From the NCBI GenBank assembly GCA_964234715.1, contig OZ174287.1: DNA of 64,000 nt; one strand, written 5' to 3'. The position numbers and the translations under genes are program-made. Positions 11,000 through 23,758 of the stretch are shown here, piece after piece. The notes below the pieces were generated by a model. The model was not told the DNA's origin. It saw only the letters and a program-made list of their open reading frames with translations, and made no database searches. The first letter of the stretch is position 1, and each line of letters starts with the position of its first letter. Source of the DNA: Podarcis melisellensis. Taxonomy: Eukaryota.

Positions 11000-13900
11000 G
11001 TAAGTGAGTTTAAAATAACGACGACGGCGAGAGCATTAATAACCCCCATCCCACTCCCTGTTTTATATTGTTGATGCCAGAAGTGGGGGGACAGGGCTGA
11101 GATTGCAAAGGTGGGGGAGAAGACGACGAGAAGACAGGACCAGCCCGCCCAGAGCTAGAAGCGAGGAGTAGTCAGTGCCTGGGTAACTTTGGCTCCTGCA
11201 GTATTCTGGTGGTTTTCATGTCGGGCGCTAGTCAGCCTAGGGGAAATAACTTTCTCCAAGTTTAATTTTGTTTCCTCGTCATAGAGGATTAATTATTATG
11301 ACGGTTATTAATTATTTAGGGAAATAAGGGGAATCCAGATTATAGGCAAAGCAGCACGGTGGTTTAGGTTGGTTGGGAGGGGGGGGGGTAAACAAGGACT
11401 AGAATCTGTACAAATTGGAAATCTGACCAAAAAAAAAATATCAAAGAAAATGCAAACTTCCAAAACATTTAACATTTTGCTTTTGAGAGCTGGAGGACAT
11501 TAATGTTCTATCTTTGTGGCTGTTGTAATTAAAACAAAACAATATGCACAGCCAACTTGCTACATTCAGGACTTTTCCATTTCCACCACACACGCCTTAA
11601 GAAAACCTAGTGGGATTGCACAACTGGGAGTATTGGGAAGGAAGTGGAAAATCAGCAGGATTTTTAAATTCAGCTAACCCAACAGAAAATTTATTTAGGA
11701 GCTGGTTTTCGAACCATAGCAAAACCTTGCTTGGAAGCCCCAGCTTATTTCCACATATTCCCCTTTTAAAGATGAACAGTGTTTCTTTGCTATTTTGTGG
11801 AATTCTATCCCTAGTATCATCAACATCATCGTTATTTGTTATCGCCATCATCAAAATAGGTATTGATTGCCTTTCCGTAAACCATCCTGAAGGCATTGTT
11901 GCTGCTTGAAAAATGAAGGAGACAATAACATGTAATTAAGAGCAGCGAGAAAAGGAGGGGCCTTTTGGGGTAAAGGCTGCAGCTCAGAGGAAGAGCATCT
12001 ACTTTGCGTTGCAAAAGGTTCCCTGGTTCAGGTGCGGCTGGGCATCTTCCGTGTCTGAAACCCTGGAAAACCACTGCTAATGGTGCTAATACTGAACTAG
12101 ACGGACTAATTGTCTGACTGTGTTTAAGGCTTTTTACTGTGTTCCTACAGTCCAACCCAAGATGTGCATATTTAAGTCCTGTCTATTTAAGTGGAAAACT
12201 TATGCCCATGCTTAAGCCTTCCGTTTTAAATGTGATCCCCTTTTCTAAAGCCTTCAAGTCCAAAGCGATTGCAAAAAAGTTTTGCTAACAAGAGAGAAAG
12301 AAAGGCAATGAGGTGTGGCCAGCTTGGCAGGGTGTTCTGCCATTGCGATGCCACTGTTGAGGAGACTCTTCCTTAAGTATAGAGGAAAAGGTGTGTGGGA
12401 CTTGGAGTAAAACTGCCTTAGAGGATCACCGGTGCCAAGAATGTTCCTATGTGCCTCTTGTTTATGGTTAACCGTCAAGGACTTGATTTGAACCCATGCA
12501 GAGATTCAACAGGTAACCTCCTCCAGGGGACCATTCTGCAGCTCCCCCTCCCCCTTGGGAGTGAATTGTCCAACTGCACCCAAGGCAGAAGGAAAACCCA
12601 GAGCGCCGACTCACACAGAGATATGACAGGCAACACCCATCTGACAGCAGCTCTTGTATGACTGGAAGCTGCTAGCACAGCTGATCCAAGGAGGATTTCT
12701 CTCCTCCAGCAAAGACTGGAAAGCTAGAGCAGTGACTCACAGCCTTATTGTGGATGGGTACTTCAGGCTCACAAAAACAGTCACTCATTTACTTTCTATG
12801 TTATGGGGGGAAAACGAACATAGGAAGCTGACCTATGCCTGGTCAGGCTTTTGATCCATCCAGGATGTAGATCGACCTACTGCCTTTCCCATCACCTGCT
12901 ACCTGATGTTTTTAAGTGGGGGTCCAGGAGTTGACCCTGGGACCATCTCAATCCGAAGCTTATGCTTCACCCACTGAGCCAGTGTCCCCTTCCCCAGTTT
13001 CCTAATGGCAGGGCTTGCAGTTTCTTCATAGTGTTTGTTGCGCTTAGGTAATTTTAGACTCTGGACACTAATGGGCTCGCAGCCTGCCCCACTTTAGGCG
13101 GTCATGTGTTTTGCTTCCCTTTCTTCAGAATGTGGCAAGCCTTTCACCCCCTGTTCCTGCTGCCGAGGGAGACAGCTGGACCTCTGGCACAAAAACTTGC
13201 CCCATGGCAGCCACTGTTTGCTTGTGGCACCCAAGTTGGCAGGGACATTGATGGGCAACTTAACCGTTTCAAGGCCTGGACACAAAGGCAAATGTTAGCA
13301 TAACATTTGCATGTGCTAATGTATATGTAAAGATGGGAACATCTCTAGGGATTGAATCTGATACTTTCTGCGGGTGCTCCAACCACTAAGCTGACAGACC
13401 TCACCCCTTAAAAAAAACCAAAAACCCACAAACAGATTTCTCACCCAAATCATCCCAGATAAATTTTTCAGTTAATTTGGAGCAGAGGTTGCCTCTACTC
13501 AGTTCCTCTTCAGATTCATTTATCCCCATTGATTTCTCACAGGCCCTTCTCCAAATCAATTCTTTTTGCCCAAATCAACTCTAGATAAAGTAGTCTTAAA
13601 TTAATTTATTTCCCAAGGTGAGTATCCTACACAATAACCTAGAGCTCTCTCACACGCATGCATTCAATTTCCCTTGAATTCATTACCTGGCTTCAAACAC
13701 TAGGGGGCATTAGAAAAAGGTTGAACCCCCATAACTCATGGGCCCACCTGTATCAACTCTACAGTTTGGGAATTACTAAATTCCCAATGTTTGTGTGGGG
13801 GTGTGGAGGTTTTATTTCTGCATCAGAACCTTAACACAACCCTGCCAGCCTGTACAGGGTGCTTTGGTGAGGGGTGTGTGTGTGATTTCTGCCTCAACTC

Positions 13901-15329
13901 AATTTTTTCCCAGGAAAGATTGGGAAACAGGGTACTGTACTAGAATCCTGCTGCCACATCCAAGCTTGTGCATCTGAACAACAGAACTGTGCTCTAATGT
14001 AATATAAATCCCCGCCCTCCCTCTCCGTATTATTCACAGATGCCTCCTTTAAAAAATAAGAAGAAATTCCATATATTGTTTAATTTTTCTGGAGTAGCAT
14101 TCGCCACGTCGATTCTGCTGTGGGAATGAAGGCTTCCAAAAGCACTTTTCTGGCAGAGGTTCTTTGTAAACACTGGCATAGCATAGCTACCCTCCCGTCC
14201 CCCCAAAAGCAAGTTAACCACACCCATCCCACTTAGTCTCCTCCCCCTAACTTTTGCAGAGGGCCTTGGGAAGCAGCTACAGTGGGATGATAAGATCTTC
14301 CAAGATGGTGTCCAGCAGCAGAATGGTCACTGCAGCCTGGTGTGTTCTTGGGGCTGTATCACTTCAGTATCAAGGCAGGAGGAATTGAATGATGGAGTGT
14401 TTTCTCTTGCACTCTGCCCATGGAAGCTAGTATGTTGGGGGAATGATTCTTGATTTCTGTATGCAGGGATGTTTTGGTGTGGGGAAACTTGTCAAATGTG
14501 CAGCCTTCAGCTTCCAGTGGTACAGCCTTGAGGAGGCTTTACCAGGCGGAGACTGCATATTAGCTCTAAAACGGGGGTTCAGACCTTGTTGTTGCTTTCT
14601 ATGCTCACAAGCAGATACGCATCGGGTGAAGTTTCCCTATCGCTACAGCTCTCTCAAGGAAAAGCATCACCTGTTGAATTTCTGCCCACACACAGCTTGC
14701 AGAGGTATATGACGCCAACCAGAGGGGAAACAAAAAATATGGCAACCCTGGTCTAAGCCATACTTGAGTAGTCTACAAGTCCTTATTATAGGAGACTATC
14801 AGGAGGTTCAGACCTAGAGGGCACCAGCATATATTGTTCTGAGATGGGCAACAACTTTGGGGTTCTTAATGTGTGCAGTTTGCAAATCCATGGGAAATCC
14901 TAGACAGCTGGACAGTTCAAATTACTTGAGAATGTGCAATGAACATAAGAGTGATTCCTTTCCAAAGTGACAAAAAAGGTCTTTGCTTCCGCTTTCCCAA
15001 GAAGTAGGGAGTTGCAGGGTATGTTTTCTTTTAATGAAATATAAGTTACAAAGGTTTGCAGCAGGTGTTTACTTATAAAAAGACAAAAACATTTTGAGAT
15101 CAAACAGGCTTATATTTATCAGGCCCCGCAAGTGCTATTTTGGGTAGTAGACTCTCAAGGTGGTACTAGGTGAACCGCTACAGCCCACCCCAAGACTTCA
15201 CTGCCAGCTCTGTGAGATTCCTTGTATGGCTCCCTATCTCCACCCCAAACTCTGGTGGGTGTTGCATTCCAAAGGAAGGAGAGTTTTCCATCCATCAAGG
15301 ACCAGAATGCTGTTTTGACTACCATAGAA

Positions 15330-15677
15330 GCGGGTGGCACTGTGGGTTAAACCACAGAGCCTAGGACTTGCCGATTAGAAGGTTGGCGGTTTGAATCCCC
15401 GCGACGGGGTGAGCTCCCGTTGCTCGGTCCCAGCTCCTGCCTACCTAGCAGTTCAAAAGCACTTCAAAGTGCAAGTAGATAAATAGGTACCGCTCTGGCG
15501 GGAAGGTAAACGGCGTTTACGTGCGCTGCTCTGGTGCGCCAGAAGCGGCTTAGTCCTGCTGGCCACATGACCCGGAAGCTGTACGCCGGTTATCTCGGAC
15601 AATAAAGCGAGATGAGCACCGCAACCCCAGAGTTGGCCACAAATGGACCTAATGTTCAGGGGTCCCTTTACCTTTAC
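15330..15677 (+). mobile_element. Sauria SINE
   Basis: Near-identical to the 4185 and 30125 copies; cctttacctttac tail. Confidence 0.92.
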
Positions 15678-16518
15678 GTGCCTCTTACAAAATCGTTTTA
15701 TGACCAGTCATATCCATATCATTAAATCTTCAGCACATTTAAAGCACCTGCCTTTCCCCAAAGAATCCTGGGGACTTTGGGGGAAGCCACCTGTTGAATG
15801 GCTGTAAATGTGCTTTAAATGTATGGTGTTAGATGTGATGTCAAAAGAGGGATTTGAACCCAACTCTTCCAGGTCTGAATGCATTTAAGTAGGCCTGGTC
15901 CTAGGATAAATAGCACCCTGGGGTGAGGGATGCCTGCAGCACTCCCCTCTGTGGCTGGTTTTGTAGGGTTGCCAAGTTATGTACCTTGTGCAAGGTTGCA
16001 AAACCCGACGGTATAACATGCCCTTGTTGCTCCCAGGCATTCCCAGAAATGCTCATGAAAAGATCCCGGAGCTACCTGTCAATGATTTTGCCCCAGCAGT
16101 GTAGACAGAACAGTCAACAAACTCTGAACTTAGCTGGACAACAACACACACACACACACACACCTTCTTCAGCTTGGCACCCAAGGAGAGCAACAGAGCT
16201 CATCCACCACTATGTTTGAGCTACAGCCATTCGTTCCAAGTAATCACACAACCAGATCTGCTGCGAGATCAAACAGTCTTCTATGCTTCTGTCCAGTTTA
16301 GTAACAGGAAAAGCTTTGGAGATGTGTCCGCAGAACAAGGTGGGAGAGGGGTGAGGCAGTGGAAGGGAGAGTACCATTGTACACTGCAGATAAGAGGTTC
16401 CTACAAGAGCATCTTCTCAACGCTTCGTCCCTGCAGCCTATTTTGGATATACAATCCAATATATACAGATATACAGGACTATGATACAGTGGGGGAAATA
16501 TCATTGCTTCTTAGACTG

Positions 16519-16830
16519 ATGGGATTGTAGAGTTGGAAGGGACCCCAAAGATCATCTCTGCAACGCAGGAATATCTGCTAAAGCATCCACCCAGCCTCCA
16601 CTTAAAAACCTCCAAGGAGAGTCTGCCACCTTCCAATACAAGGGAGTCTGTTCCACTGTTGAACAGTGCTTGGTGTTAAAAAGTTCCTCCTGTAGATTCA
16701 GGATCTCCTTCCTTGTCACTTGAATCCACTGGTTCCAGTCCTAATCTCCGGAGCAGGAGAAAACGAGTTTGCCCCATCTTCCATGTTAACAGCCCTTTAG
16801 ATACTTGAAAATGATTATCATATCTCCTCT
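16519..16830 (-). mobile_element. CR1 LINE 3' fragment
   Basis: tagagttggaagggacccc...gggagtctgttccactgttgaacag, the reverse complement of a CR1 3' region. Confidence 0.7.
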
Positions 16831-17823
16831 GAGTAGAACTTAGTTGGATACAAATCATTGATTTTAATGGGTGTATTCACTGTATGATTAATTGGATATC
16901 ACTCAGGATCCTAATATGTCCTCCCTGCTTTGATATCTGGGCACCCAAATTTGCCTTTGTTCTTCTGGGTATAACTTTCATGAATGATTCCCATAGTGGC
17001 AAAGGTTTGTGCAAGAGCTGAATTTGCTCAATCATAGCTCAACAAACACTGGACAACATAGCTAAGGCTTCCTGCAAGAAGTTGAAAGCTGTGAAGTCAA
17101 GTGCTCTGACAAGCTTGGCGTACTGGAATGTCAACACAACATCCTTGGTTTGATCTGGTCAGCCAAAGAGGTTTTTTTCTGCCCCCACCCCCCAAGGCCT
17201 TACCAATTTTGATGATGTGGCAAAAAAATAAAAAATAAAAATTAGGTAGAGCACTAGAGTGAGCAGAGGGACCTAATGCCCTGGTTAGGTTGCAAACCAC
17301 CTCCTGCCCAGTTGGCAGATTGATCTGGTGGCCACAACCTCCCATCTCAGATGATCTGCATAGAGTTGCAAGTGTGTGAGGTGGCCACACACACACACAC
17401 ACACACACACCACTGATGGACAACACCTGAAAGTTTTTGGCCAAGGGTGAATGTGGCTCTCAAACCAAAAAAAGCTCTGCTTTGGATAAAATGCCAAAGC
17501 TACTTTTCAAACAAACTCTGCTTTGTTCAGTCGTGCCGCTCCGAGATCTTTCACAGCAAATGCACAGGAATAATATGAAGCATTTTTAGTTAGCGTGTCT
17601 CCATTTAGGCGCATATTGAAATAGACCTATTTCTCAAGTTTCTTGGTTCTGCTTTTATGCCTTGTCTCAAGCAAAGAAGACATGAGTCCAGGGGAGAGAC
17701 CTGCACCTTTTAGCTGGAGTTTGAAAGCCTGCAGGCTCCTGCTGCATGAACCGTCTCTGCCTTCCTTTTCAGATGCTGCTCCGGTAACCGACTGAGCATC
17801 TCTCCTGGCCAACTGGAGGCGCA

Positions 17824-18438
17824 ATGGTCCCCCTGTGCTGGTGCTGCCCGCCAGCACCTGCACCAGCTGCGGCGGCCATGACGGGCACGGCCACAACCTC
17901 CTACCACTTCAAGAGTTTCTGTGGGGAGTTTGAGCGGGTGGAAAGCGCCCTGGAACGCCTTGAGGCCAGCGGCTTCTACTGGGGCAGCCTGTCTGGGGCC
18001 GAAGCCAAGCGCCTTTTGACCTCCCAGCTGCCCGGCGTCTTCCTCGTGCGAGATTCCTCCGACCACCACCACCTCTTCACCCTGAGCGTCCGCACCAACA
18101 CGGGCATCACTAACCTGCGCATCCAGCAGCAGGGCTCAGCTTTCCACCTGGAGGCCTTGCCAGGCGCTGGCCACCCCCCGGCCTTCCACTGTGTGGTCCG
18201 GCTAGTAGAGCACTATCTGTGCCTGGGAGCAGTAGAAGGGGGGCCCTGCTACCTGGAGAGGGAGGGGCAGCCCCCAGTGCCTTTGGCCCTCACCCATCCT
18301 CTCTGCTGCAAAGTGCCCACCTTGCAAGAGCTGAGTCGCTGGGCAGTGCGTGCCAGTATGAGGGGCAGAGGCGATGCCAGGGCTCAGCTGCAGGGGCTGC
18401 CAGTACCGCAGGGACTCTTGAACTCGCTGTGCACCTGA
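17824..18438 (+). CDS. Suppressor of cytokine signaling 3-like (probable SOCS3b ohnolog), 204 aa, single coding exon
   Basis: ORF with a KIR-like segment (YHFKSF), ESS helix (FERVESALERLEASGFYW), SH2 (GVFLVRDSSDHHHLFTLSVRT...NLRI) closest to SOCS3 (GTFLIRDSSDQRHFFTLSVKT...NLRI), and a C-terminal SOCS box (VPTLQELSR...LPVP). Strong Kozak context gcaATGG. Upstream acceptor ttccttttcag at 17762-17772. AATAAA at 18537-18542 and 18927-18932. Confidence 0.9.
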   Translation: MVPLCWCCPPAPAPAAAAMTGTATTSYHFKSFCGEFERVESALERLEASGFYWGSLSGAEAKRLLTSQLPGVFLVRDSSDHHHLFTLSVRTNTGITNLRIQQQGSAFHLEALPGAGHPPAFHCVVRLVEHYLCLGAVEGGPCYLEREGQPPVPLALTHPLCCKVPTLQELSRWAVRASMRGRGDARAQLQGLPVPQGLLNSLCT

Positions 18439-20874
18439 AAGGCTCTTTTCCTTCCTAACATTCCTTGTACAGTACATAAGCAGGCCTGTCTGCACAGTGT
18501 ATTGCTGGGGGCGCCTGTTTATCATTATATTTGTGGAATAAACCAACTGGTATACTGGGGGCAGCCATCTCTTCATTCATCAAAAGCCTTCAAATTCATT
18601 CTGATGCTCTCAAGATGTCAAGTATCACCAGAAGCAGAGAAAAGGAAAAAAGCTGCCTATTCCAGGGCCTGGGTGGGCTTGTAACACAAGCCCCCATCTC
18701 AAAAGCACATCCAGAGAAAGGTATAAAGAACTCCTGCTTTTGGGAGGAGTTGCATCCTTGCAGGTTCACACTTGTAATCTTGATGGCCTAAGATGTAACT
18801 GTTGCCCTAGAACAGGTAAGGGTTCTCTTCTTCACCAGAAAGTCACTAGGAGATGCACTGCTCAGTGTTAAATGAGGGGTAGATGCAGTAATCTAGCAAC
18901 AATCAGAAGTGTAGTAATTTTGTCAGAATAAACCAGTCTTCTAAGTGTGAGCAACCTCCGTTCCTTCAGATGTTGAACTAAAAGCCCCCTCATCCCTGAC
19001 CACTTCTCATGCTTGTTGGGCTGATGGGAGTTGCAGTTCAGCCACATCTGAAGGGACAAAAGTTCCCCATACCTGTTTAAATGTGCCACAAGCCAAGGTT
19101 CTTAAAACGTTTAGCTAGAAATTGTGCACTATGCTACAAATGAGAAGCCCTTGCTTCCCATAGTGTGTGGGGAAGGATGTGGGCATTCCATGACCGAGGA
19201 AAAGGCATTGTTTGTACAGATCAGACTGGTGTTCTGTTGCAAAGGGATCCTTCTCCCACTCGCTTTTCATGTTTGACCACCACCACATCCCATTTTTCTA
19301 CACGTGACACAAATCTTTCCAGTCACTGCCCTAAGGGCAGGTCATTACTGTAACTTGACAGGCCTCGAGAATGTTGACACAGGAAACTAGTTGTTGAGAG
19401 AAAGACGTTTTGAGGCAAAAAGAAAGTACAAGCTCAGCTAATCTGATGCTGCATCTGGCGACTCTTTAGCTTGTGTATGTTTTCATAAACAGCCTGGTGT
19501 GTGCAAAGGCCATGTCACTGGGGAGCCTGGAAGAGCAGAGGGGGCCACAGATCTGCAGCAGTGTTTAAAGAAAGCAGTGACTTCTAGTTTATTACTAGGG
19601 ACTAGGCTATACCAGTGAGCATATATGCTCAACACTTGCCATGCACTCAAACCCTGTACATACCAGCAGGAACCTGCCATACCAGATGTGTTAAAGCTTT
19701 AAAACAAAACAAAAAAAACATTTTAGACAAAGCTACCTTTGTCTAAAACTGCACCTGACCAATTAATAATTGAAGTTAATTTTTGTATCCTGTGCTGTTC
19801 CAGTTTACCCGAACGTTAATTCGAGCCACCCTGCCCCCATTTAAATCAACTGCAGTCACGGGTTGTCTGATTTCAATCTTATTCTTGGGTTGTAGATTCT
19901 GCATTTCTTGTTGGCAAGCCAGATCTCTTACTGGAAACTCTGGGAGTCCCTGCCAATTTGTCTCCAAGGCGAGGTGACCCAGAGCTTCAAGCTGCTCTGA
20001 TGAAACTTGAAGGCTAATTTAACTTCAACTTCTGTTTGCTTGGAAGTCTCCTTAAAAGCAATGAGACACAGCACAGATGGGAGGTGCATGCAAAGTTGGC
20101 ACCCAAAGAGCTCAATTCTGCTCCCGGACCCCAAATCTCTCACTTTTCCACCTGCCATCTGTTCCCGTAGATTTGCCTCCGGGAAAGATCCCAACTTGTT
20201 TCCTGCCAATTTCTTTACTCATCACTCACCTTTATGCTATTTTCAGCAGCGATCGTTTCCATCTACTGGAGATAAGGGTTGCAATTCAGCTACACATATA
20301 TGCATGCTAATTCCAGGAATAATCCCCCTTGAGTGTACAGAAAAACAAGGGGTAGTATTATGGGTCCAGGGAATGAATGACCCAGGTGGCCAGTGGGAAT
20401 GGCCTCCTCTAGATTTGTTTCGACTTTCCAAGGCAAGGGGGAGGGGGTTGGCATAAGACAAAAAACAACTGCTCCTTGTTTATGGACCCTTCTGTGTGCA
20501 ATGGAGTCAACCATTTCATAGATGGAAAAGAGGCATGTATATGTTAAGAGTACAGTATTGGCCTCAAATGCACTGTACCCTCCTCAGCCTGTACCCTCCA
20601 CTACTAGCCCCATTCCTAACCAACAATTGGCTGCTGCTCCTTCCTATGCAGATGTCCTGTTTGCTAGGAACCAACCTCAACTGAGTTTCTCATCCGAACA
20701 GAGCGCCCCATCCAAGATCACTTGTTGCAGGTATTATCAGGTATTTTCAAGATGCACCCCCGACACTAGAAGGGCTACAATATTTTATCCACAAATATTT
20801 TTTATTGTGTAATGTTACAGTTAAGGCAGGCTTGATTCCCCACCGGCATGTGCGGAGGGGGGGCACCCCACAGC

Positions 20875-21075
<201 letters not shown>

Positions 21076-21993
21076 TTACAGACGTTCCAGCTAAACCCGG
21101 CAGCATTCTTCTTAAGAACGGTTTTTCACAGTACTAGAGAGCTACAGTGATTGACGGAAGAGAGCCAAGTGAGGAATCAAGTGATCACCCCCCAATTCCA
21201 GCACTCAGGGAGTTTAAAATTTAAAAGCTCAGCGTTTGGGAACGTAGACATTAACATCCTGCTCCTATTATCAAAGCCAGGGTTAACCTCAGCCACTTCC
21301 TTAATTAACACTGCAATGAATTCCTAAACACGACACTCGGAACTAAGTCCCACCATTCAATAGGCTTTTCTTACACATTAATAAGTGTTTTACAATACAA
21401 CTCAATGCAACTATGCCCTCACAACTTCTTACTCGCAAACTGGTCACAGAACAAAGGTTCAGAACCAACCAACAACAGGAAATGCTTGAGAGAAACTGAC
21501 TCAAGTTTGACATTTACTGCTGTTGCCCTCAGTATACAATGGCAAGATGAATGCCTGGTTATCCTGAAAACTGGGCGTAACAGCATACAATTTGCTAACG
21601 AGGGATAACATTAACACTTTGTGCCAAGAAGGAGCAGAGTTGCTAGTTGTTACCTCTACTGCCTACACGCCAAGACCTTCGCAAGGTGTACGGCTGAGCC
21701 GCAGTGAACCTTGCCGAAATTGTTGGTGCTTTTGGCATACAGCCTCATTAGGCAGACTGCAGGGCTTTTAGGTTATCCAGGGTTCCAGTCCAGGGCAGGG
21801 ATTGGTGGGGTAAAAAGATACACGGCTGGGACATGTCCACACATCTCCCTGCACAGGCCACACATAAGAGACATCAGATGCATTACTTCAGAGGTAGAGC
21901 CTGTCTTTACAGCCCACAGCAACTCAGTCATTGCTTCTGGCTTCATTCTGCTTAAGTGAAATGCCATTTCTAAACATACTCCAAGGCAACCTA

Positions 21994-22230
<237 letters not shown>

Positions 22231-23078
22231 CTAGAGAAGTGGGCAAAAGATGCATGTATTTTGGTACGTCTTATGTGGCCATGTAAAAAGCATTCTCTAT
22301 GAAATGCTAATGACGGGTGGGGGAGAGAAGAGGAAGAAATGGCACCAAGTTGACGCCAGCATTTGAAACTCCCTTTGTTCTAGGCGCATTTTGCGACAGG
22401 GAATTTCATTAGTGTGAGCAGTTTCTGAGCTCTGGGTGCAGTACTGCGCCTAAGATTTCATATTAAAATTGCCACTGCTAGAAGGAAAGGAGGACCCTTT
22501 TCTGCCTCCCCACTTTCAGCCATTCTGAAGACTGGAGAAGGGACCCTCATAAGATTATAGGGGTGGGCAGGGGAAGTATGGATTTGTTTTTTGCAGTCTT
22601 CAGATAAGGACCAGACCATGTGAAAACTGAATTTAAGATTTTACCTGCAGTTCATTCATTTTCAGCTTTGTATTCTTGTTATGAAAAAGTGAACCTAGAA
22701 ACTGTTGCAGCACCCATAACCTAGGTTTAAGGTGCCATTTAGCTCCTAGCTTTCATATCTCAGTTTCTAACACAGGTTGACACGTTTAGTTACATACTAC
22801 TAAGCAGCACTATAGTATATTACATTGACCTTGAAATCACAGTTTAAATCCCAACTCAGCCACAAATGGTGGGCAGTCTTTGAGAAGACAGTCACTCTCA
22901 GCCTTAGTCTCTGATCTGAAATATGGGACTGATTTAAAAGATTCTCAAGACAATATATAAATATAATTACAGCAGGAAAAAAGAACAATTCAACATAGGT
23001 AACTGATATTAATCCAATAGATATGGTCTATTCACTTAAATCTAACACAAGAAATAAGCACATCTGAAAGGCATTAAA

Positions 23079-23079
23079 T

Positions 23080-23139
<60 letters not shown>

Positions 23140-23154
23140 ATCATAAAGTAGTAT
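23079..23154. repeat. (CA)n(GA)n compound microsatellite in RPS9 intron 3
   Basis: Direct read. Confidence 0.95.
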
Positions 23155-23432
23155 TTACAATAATATCTATATATAACACATTGAAATCTAAAACCAGATA
23201 CCATCAACTAACCATTATGGAAAGATGTAAACATTACAACTGTCCATAACAGTAAGTTGATAATCTCTGGTTTTAAATTTAATAGGACCAGATCCAAGAA
23301 ACTGGTAGGATTCATAAAGGAAGTGAACTCACATCACAGATCCCTTAATCTGCTGGTAACTGTTAAAGGGATCCGCAACAGCAAAAGAACCATTAAAGAT
23401 GCTGAAGACTGACATGTCCAGCCCTAACATAC

Positions 23433-23555
23433 CCTCAAAGAGACGCCTCTGATCCTTCTCATCCAGGGTGAGCAGCTCTCTGGCAGCTTTACGGATCTTG
23501 GCCAAGGTGAACTTCACCCGCCACACTTCACGCTTGTTACGCAGCCCATATTCAC
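23433..23555 (-). CDS. RPS9: RPS9 exon 3
   Basis: [40 protein letters not shown]; 123 nt with AG/GT boundaries. Confidence 0.98.
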
Positions 23556-23653
23556 CTAGGAGGGGGATATAAAAGTTCAAATGTAACATGCACCTGCCTT
23601 TGGAGCGTAACTGTTTGTTTGAACAACTTATTTTTTTCATCCAGGATAAACTA

Positions 23654-23758
<105 letters not shown>

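Noticed and set aside
9590-11049. Long ORFs (up to 255 aa) on both strands
   Set aside because: Stop-poor CpG island with low-complexity translations and no recognisable domain.
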